Shown in pieces: positions 59,988 through 64,000 of a DNA stretch of 64,000 nt. Origin of the DNA: a virus. The stretch lies in IMG/VR virus record IMGVR_UViG_3300037485_001872, positions 1-64,000 of that record; one strand, 5' to 3'. Numbering within the stretch: position 1 is the stretch's first letter; each line of letters begins with the position of its first letter. The notes beneath the pieces were generated by a model. The model saw only the letters and a list, made by a program, of their open reading frames with translations, had not been told where the DNA came from and did no database searches. The position numbers and the translations under genes are program-made.

Positions 59988-60470
59988 ATGAACATAAGAA
60001 TAAAAAAACTAAACGAATTAGCACAGATTCCAAAACAAGCCCATGCATTTGATGGGGGATGGGATGTTGTATGTACAGAAATTGAGCAAGTGGCCGAGGA
60101 TTTTGTTATATGTAAACTTGGGTTTGCATTAGAGGTTCCTGAACGCTATAAGTTAACTCTTGTACCAAGGAGTTCCCTCACTAGTACACATTGGATTGTA
60201 CAGAACTCGCCAGGATTGGGAGATGCCCACTACAGAGGAGAATATCAATATAGATTTAGAGCTCTACCTACAGGGGTTTTTAGAAAGTCTAATGCAGTTT
60301 ATAAGTTATCATATCCAGAATTTCCATATAAAGTGGGAGACAGAATTGGTCAGGTGTATTTGGAGGAAGTGATTCCTATGACCTTTAAGGAGGTTGACTA
60401 TTTATATGAAAGTGAAAGAAATACAGGTGGTTATGGTAGTACAGGAAATTCACCCTTAATTACTGACTAA
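59988..60470 (+). CDS. dut: dUTPase
   Basis: GWD, PRSS, NSPGLGDAHYRGE, GDRIGQ, R.TGGYGSTG. Confidence 0.92.
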   Translation: MNIRIKKLNELAQIPKQAHAFDGGWDVVCTEIEQVAEDFVICKLGFALEVPERYKLTLVPRSSLTSTHWIVQNSPGLGDAHYRGEYQYRFRALPTGVFRKSNAVYKLSYPEFPYKVGDRIGQVYLEEVIPMTFKEVDYLYESERNTGGYGSTGNSPLITD

Positions 60471-61350
60471 TGAGTGGTGGACATTACGACTACAGGTATC
60501 ATGCACTCAATGAGTTAGCTGACGCTATAGAGCAAGATTTTTTGCAAGACGGAAAATACATGACAGGTGATTATTCTGCTCCTCACATTGGCTTTAGTAG
60601 ACACCCACAAGTAGGAGCCGATAGAATTGGTGATGCCACAGAGGAAGAACGCCCTTTAATATTGGCAGAAATAAAATCATTAATAGCAGATTTAAAAAAA
60701 TGTGCTTTTAGGGCTAGAGAAATTGAATGGTATATGTCTGGAGACACTGGAGCAACTTCTTATTTAAAAAGATTGAATACATATGAAAACAGGAATTAAA
60801 GACTTCTTTAAACAACTACGAGAAAAGGAAAGATTTGAAAAGAGGGTGGAGGAACTTCATTATACTTCAGGGACAGAAACAGAAAAATTCACACCTTTGT
60901 ACAGACAAAGAATGTTAGGAATACCAAACATAACATTTTCTATTTGTTATAAGGAGACTATCCCAGGTCAACTAACTATACCAAATAGTGAAACGTTTCT
61001 ATTTAGATTAGATGATGAAGATTTAAAATACTTTGCTGACAAATACCGACCTCAATTACAAAAAGAACTTGAAGAAAATATAGCTACATTAAAGAATGAA
61101 TATGACATCTAAAGATAAAGCAATACTAGAATGTTGGAAAATCTGGCAACTAACAGAAACTGACGAAGATTTAAAGAATGTAAGTATGGAATGGCTTGAT
61201 GCAGTGTGGCAAGCTATTTTCATTTTTAATAATGTAGATGTTGACCTTTGTGATGAAATGTTAGAAGAGTTAAACTCAGTGGATAAGTTTAAAAATTATT
61301 CTAAATTTAGAGAAGTTTTTTATTTTATTCCCTTGGAAGACTTTAATTAA
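60470..61350 (+). other. Three coupled hypothetical ORFs (60470, 60783, 61096)
   Basis: ORF track; overlapping start/stop codons. Confidence 0.5.
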
Positions 61351-61389
61351 AATTGTATATTTGCATTATTAAAAATTATTATAAAAAAC

Positions 61390-63606
61390 ATGAGTAAAGG
61401 AAAACAATTACTATCAGATTTAAAATTATACTCTGATTATTTGAAATGGAATGAGGATTTGGGACGTTATGAAACATGGGCGGAGGCGTGTAAAGATGTG
61501 TTAGATACACACTTACTAAAATATGGAGAAAAGGTTCAACCTCTTATTAATGAGGTGTTACCACATTATATAAATAAAGAGTTCTTAACATCACAAAGAA
61601 ATCTTCAGTTTAGGAAAGAAAGTATTGCAAAAAATAATGCTAAACTTTACAATTGCTCTGTACTATATGCTTATGCCCCTGACTGTTTTAATAAGGGGTT
61701 TTTTATGTTATTATCTGGTTGTGGACTAGGTGTTAATTTAAAAAATAAATACACCTCCCAAATGCCAAATATTGAGAAAAGAACAGAAGAAACTGTTACT
61801 TTTGTAGTTCCCGACAGTATTGAGGGTTGGGCAGAATCAATGAAAGTTCTTATTAGTTCATATTGTCAACACCCATCTCTCTATCCACAATATTTTGGAA
61901 AGAAAATAAGAATGGATTATTCTTTAATAAGAGAAGAGGGTAGTTATATAACAGGAGGGTTTTCGGCTCCTGGGCACATGGGTTTGAGGCAATCAATAGA
62001 TTTAATTGAAAAACTTTTTGATAAAGAACTTTCTAAAGCAGATAGTATTGAATTTAGAAGCTATTTAATATATAATGTATTTATGTATATATCGGATGCT
62101 GTTCTATCTGGTGGTGTAAGGAGGTCGGCCATGAATGTTATAATTGATGAAGATGATACTGAGATGGTTTACGCTAAAACAGGTGATTGGAGAACAACCC
62201 ATCCACATTTTGCAAGAAGTAATAATTCGGTGGGTTTGATGAAATACTCTTTCTCAAAAGAGAAGTTTCAAGAACTAATTGATTTAAATGTTGGTGATAA
62301 TGATATTGGTTTTGTTTTATTAGAATCTGAAAATCAGATGTTTAACCCCTGTTTCGAGATTGGCTTTGATTTCTATGATAAAATTAAAGATAGAAACTAC
62401 ACTGTAATTCAGCTTTGTAATCTATGTGAAGGTAATGCAATGTCTTGTTACAATAATAGAGGAAAATTTGAGGAAGAACGTTTCTATAGATTATGTCGTA
62501 ATTTAGCCATTGTGGGGTCATTGCAGGCTGGATACACATCTTTTCCATACTTGGGTAAGGAAACGGAAGAAATAGTGGCTGGAGAGGCTTTATTGGGTTG
62601 TAGTATAACAGGGTGGATGAATGTTCCCGAATTATTTAACCCTGAAATTTTATCCAAGGGGGTAGAAATAATTAGACAAACAAATAAAGAAGTGACCGAG
62701 CTTATTGGTATCAGTATTGCAGCTAGATTAACCTGTACAAAACCATCTGGAAATGCCTCAGTTATTTTACAAACACCTTCTGGAATACACCCAGAGCATT
62801 CTGAGAGATATTTTAGAATAATGCAACTAAATAAAAATTCTGAAGTTGCCAAGTATTTAGAAGAAAAACAACCTTTCTTAATAGAAGAATCTGTATGGAG
62901 CCGTACAAATACTGATTATGTTGTTTTTATTCCTGTAGAAAATCCAAAACAAGGGTATTTTAAGGAAAATTTAACAGATATTGAGCATTTGAGGTTAATA
63001 AACATGGTACAAGAGCATTGGGTTTTTAAGGGGAATAACCCAGAGGTGGCCTATAACCCTAATATCCACCATAACGTATCTAATACAGTGTTAATAGATG
63101 ACAAAGAGGCCATTGTAGATTATATTTTTAATAATCAGAAATACTTTGTAGCAGTTTCTTTTTTAGATAGAAGTGGTGATAAGGATTTTAATCAAGCTCC
63201 ATTTACATCGGTGTTAACATCGGAGGAATTACTAAAAGAATATGGGGATGCAGCTTTATTAGCATCAGGTTTAATAGTAGATGGTTTAGATGTTTTTGAT
63301 AATAATTTATGGGAAGCTTGTGATTACATATTAGATAGGGATAAAAAACTCTATGGTATTAGAAAAGAAAAGCTGTTAAAGAAAGACTGGTTAGAAAGGG
63401 CTAGAAAGTTTGCAAAAAACTATTTTAAAAATGATTTAAAGAAGTTAATATATTGCCTTAAAGATTTACACCTATACCATAAATGGTGTACTGTAAATAG
63501 AGAGTTGAAACCAATTAACTTTTTTGAAATACTATCGGCTCCCACATTTAAAAATGTGAACACTATGGGGGCTGTAGCATGTTCTGGGGGTAGTTGTGAA
63601 ATATAA
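61390..63606 (+). CDS. nrdJ: Class II (B12-dependent) ribonucleotide reductase
   Basis: LYNC, GGVRRSA, NPCFEI, LCNL, TCTKPSGNAS, GIHP, C-terminal ACSGGSCEI. Confidence 0.85.
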   Translation: MSKGKQLLSDLKLYSDYLKWNEDLGRYETWAEACKDVLDTHLLKYGEKVQPLINEVLPHYINKEFLTSQRNLQFRKESIAKNNAKLYNCSVLYAYAPDCFNKGFFMLLSGCGLGVNLKNKYTSQMPNIEKRTEETVTFVVPDSIEGWAESMKVLISSYCQHPSLYPQYFGKKIRMDYSLIREEGSYITGGFSAPGHMGLRQSIDLIEKLFDKELSKADSIEFRSYLIYNVFMYISDAVLSGGVRRSAMNVIIDEDDTEMVYAKTGDWRTTHPHFARSNNSVGLMKYSFSKEKFQELIDLNVGDNDIGFVLLESENQMFNPCFEIGFDFYDKIKDRNYTVIQLCNLCEGNAMSCYNNRGKFEEERFYRLCRNLAIVGSLQAGYTSFPYLGKETEEIVAGEALLGCSITGWMNVPELFNPEILSKGVEIIRQTNKEVTELIGISIAARLTCTKPSGNASVILQTPSGIHPEHSERYFRIMQLNKNSEVAKYLEEKQPFLIEESVWSRTNTDYVVFIPVENPKQGYFKENLTDIEHLRLINMVQEHWVFKGNNPEVAYNPNIHHNVSNTVLIDDKEAIVDYIFNNQKYFVAVSFLDRSGDKDFNQAPFTSVLTSEELLKEYGDAALLASGLIVDGLDVFDNNLWEACDYILDRDKKLYGIRKEKLLKKDWLERARKFAKNYFKNDLKKLIYCLKDLHLYHKWCTVNRELKPINFFEILSAPTFKNVNTMGAVACSGGSCEI

Positions 63607-63629
63607 TAATTTGTAATATTACTGTCATG

Positions 63630-63658
63630 AAAGCGAAATGTAAAAGTTTCGCTTTTTT
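63630..63658 (+). terminator. Intrinsic terminator
   Basis: AAAGCGAAA...TTTCGCTTT followed by T residues. Confidence 0.75.
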
Positions 63659-63707
63659 GTTTAATAAATTTTTCGTATATTTGTACCATAGATTAAAACA
63701 CTACACA

Positions 63708-64000
63708 ATGATACCATGTATTTGTATAGACGACAAAAATAAACCCTCCATCATCCCTGATAGTTTATGGGTGAAGGAAGGGGAGCGTTACACTATTAGC
63801 CACATATATCAACATCAAAATTCTGAACAAAAAGGACTTCAGAGTTGTGACCTGGCCGAATTAGATATTTCAGCCTACATTCCCTATAAGCATTTTCTAT
63901 TAACTCGTTTTGCTATTAATGCAAATGACCTAGAGAAATTAAAAGCTTTATTAAAGGATTGTACGGATATGAATGATGCCGACATTAGTGAGTTAATTGA
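63708..64000 (+). CDS. Hypothetical protein (partial)
   Basis: MIPCICIDDKNKP..., open to the window end, behind TATATTTG 63676. Confidence 0.55.
   Translation, partial: MIPCICIDDKNKPSIIPDSLWVKEGERYTISHIYQHQNSEQKGLQSCDLAELDISAYIPYKHFLLTRFAINANDLEKLKALLKDCTDMNDADISELI

Noticed and set aside
1-64000. Stop-codon reassignment as in some crAss-like phages
   Set aside because: TerL, portal, MCP and RNR are full length in code 11, and TAG/TGA act as stops at gene boundaries.

Overview
This window is 64 kb of an AT-rich lytic dsDNA phage infecting Bacteroidota, probably Flavobacteriia. The host assignment rests on TAnnTTTG -7 promoters and a host-like ECF sigma. The gene order of the minus-strand morphogenesis block (1-24551: IHF-like, TerL, portal, scaffold-like, 562-aa MCP, ring protein, auxiliary capsid protein, fibres) matches crAss-like phages and their Cellulophaga/Flavobacterium relatives; the genetic code is standard. 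A divergent intergenic region (24.6-25.4 kb) holds a degenerate initiator tRNA and a structured RNA. It is followed by a plus-strand block (homing endonucleases, tnpB remnant, SSB-like, PhoH), a long accessory/early region of small ORFs (32.9-50 kb) and replication/nucleotide genes (primase-polymerase, DnaQ, PD-(D/E)XK nuclease, AAA ATPase, ECF sigma, dUTPase, class II RNR). The strongest unexplained signals are non-coding: (1) about 20 rightward promoters carrying a TGACA-N6-TGACA direct repeat, usually 30-32 nt upstream of the -7 element; (2) a separate promoter class, AATTTTAT-N27-TATATTTG, on four leftward promoters; (3) about 13 apparently leaderless genes; (4) a tRNA-shaped RNA whose anticodon loop is replaced by a structured insert; (5) two attenuator-plus-structured-RNA loci; (6) an attC-like integron cassette. 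All product calls come from motif recognition by eye; no database search was run.
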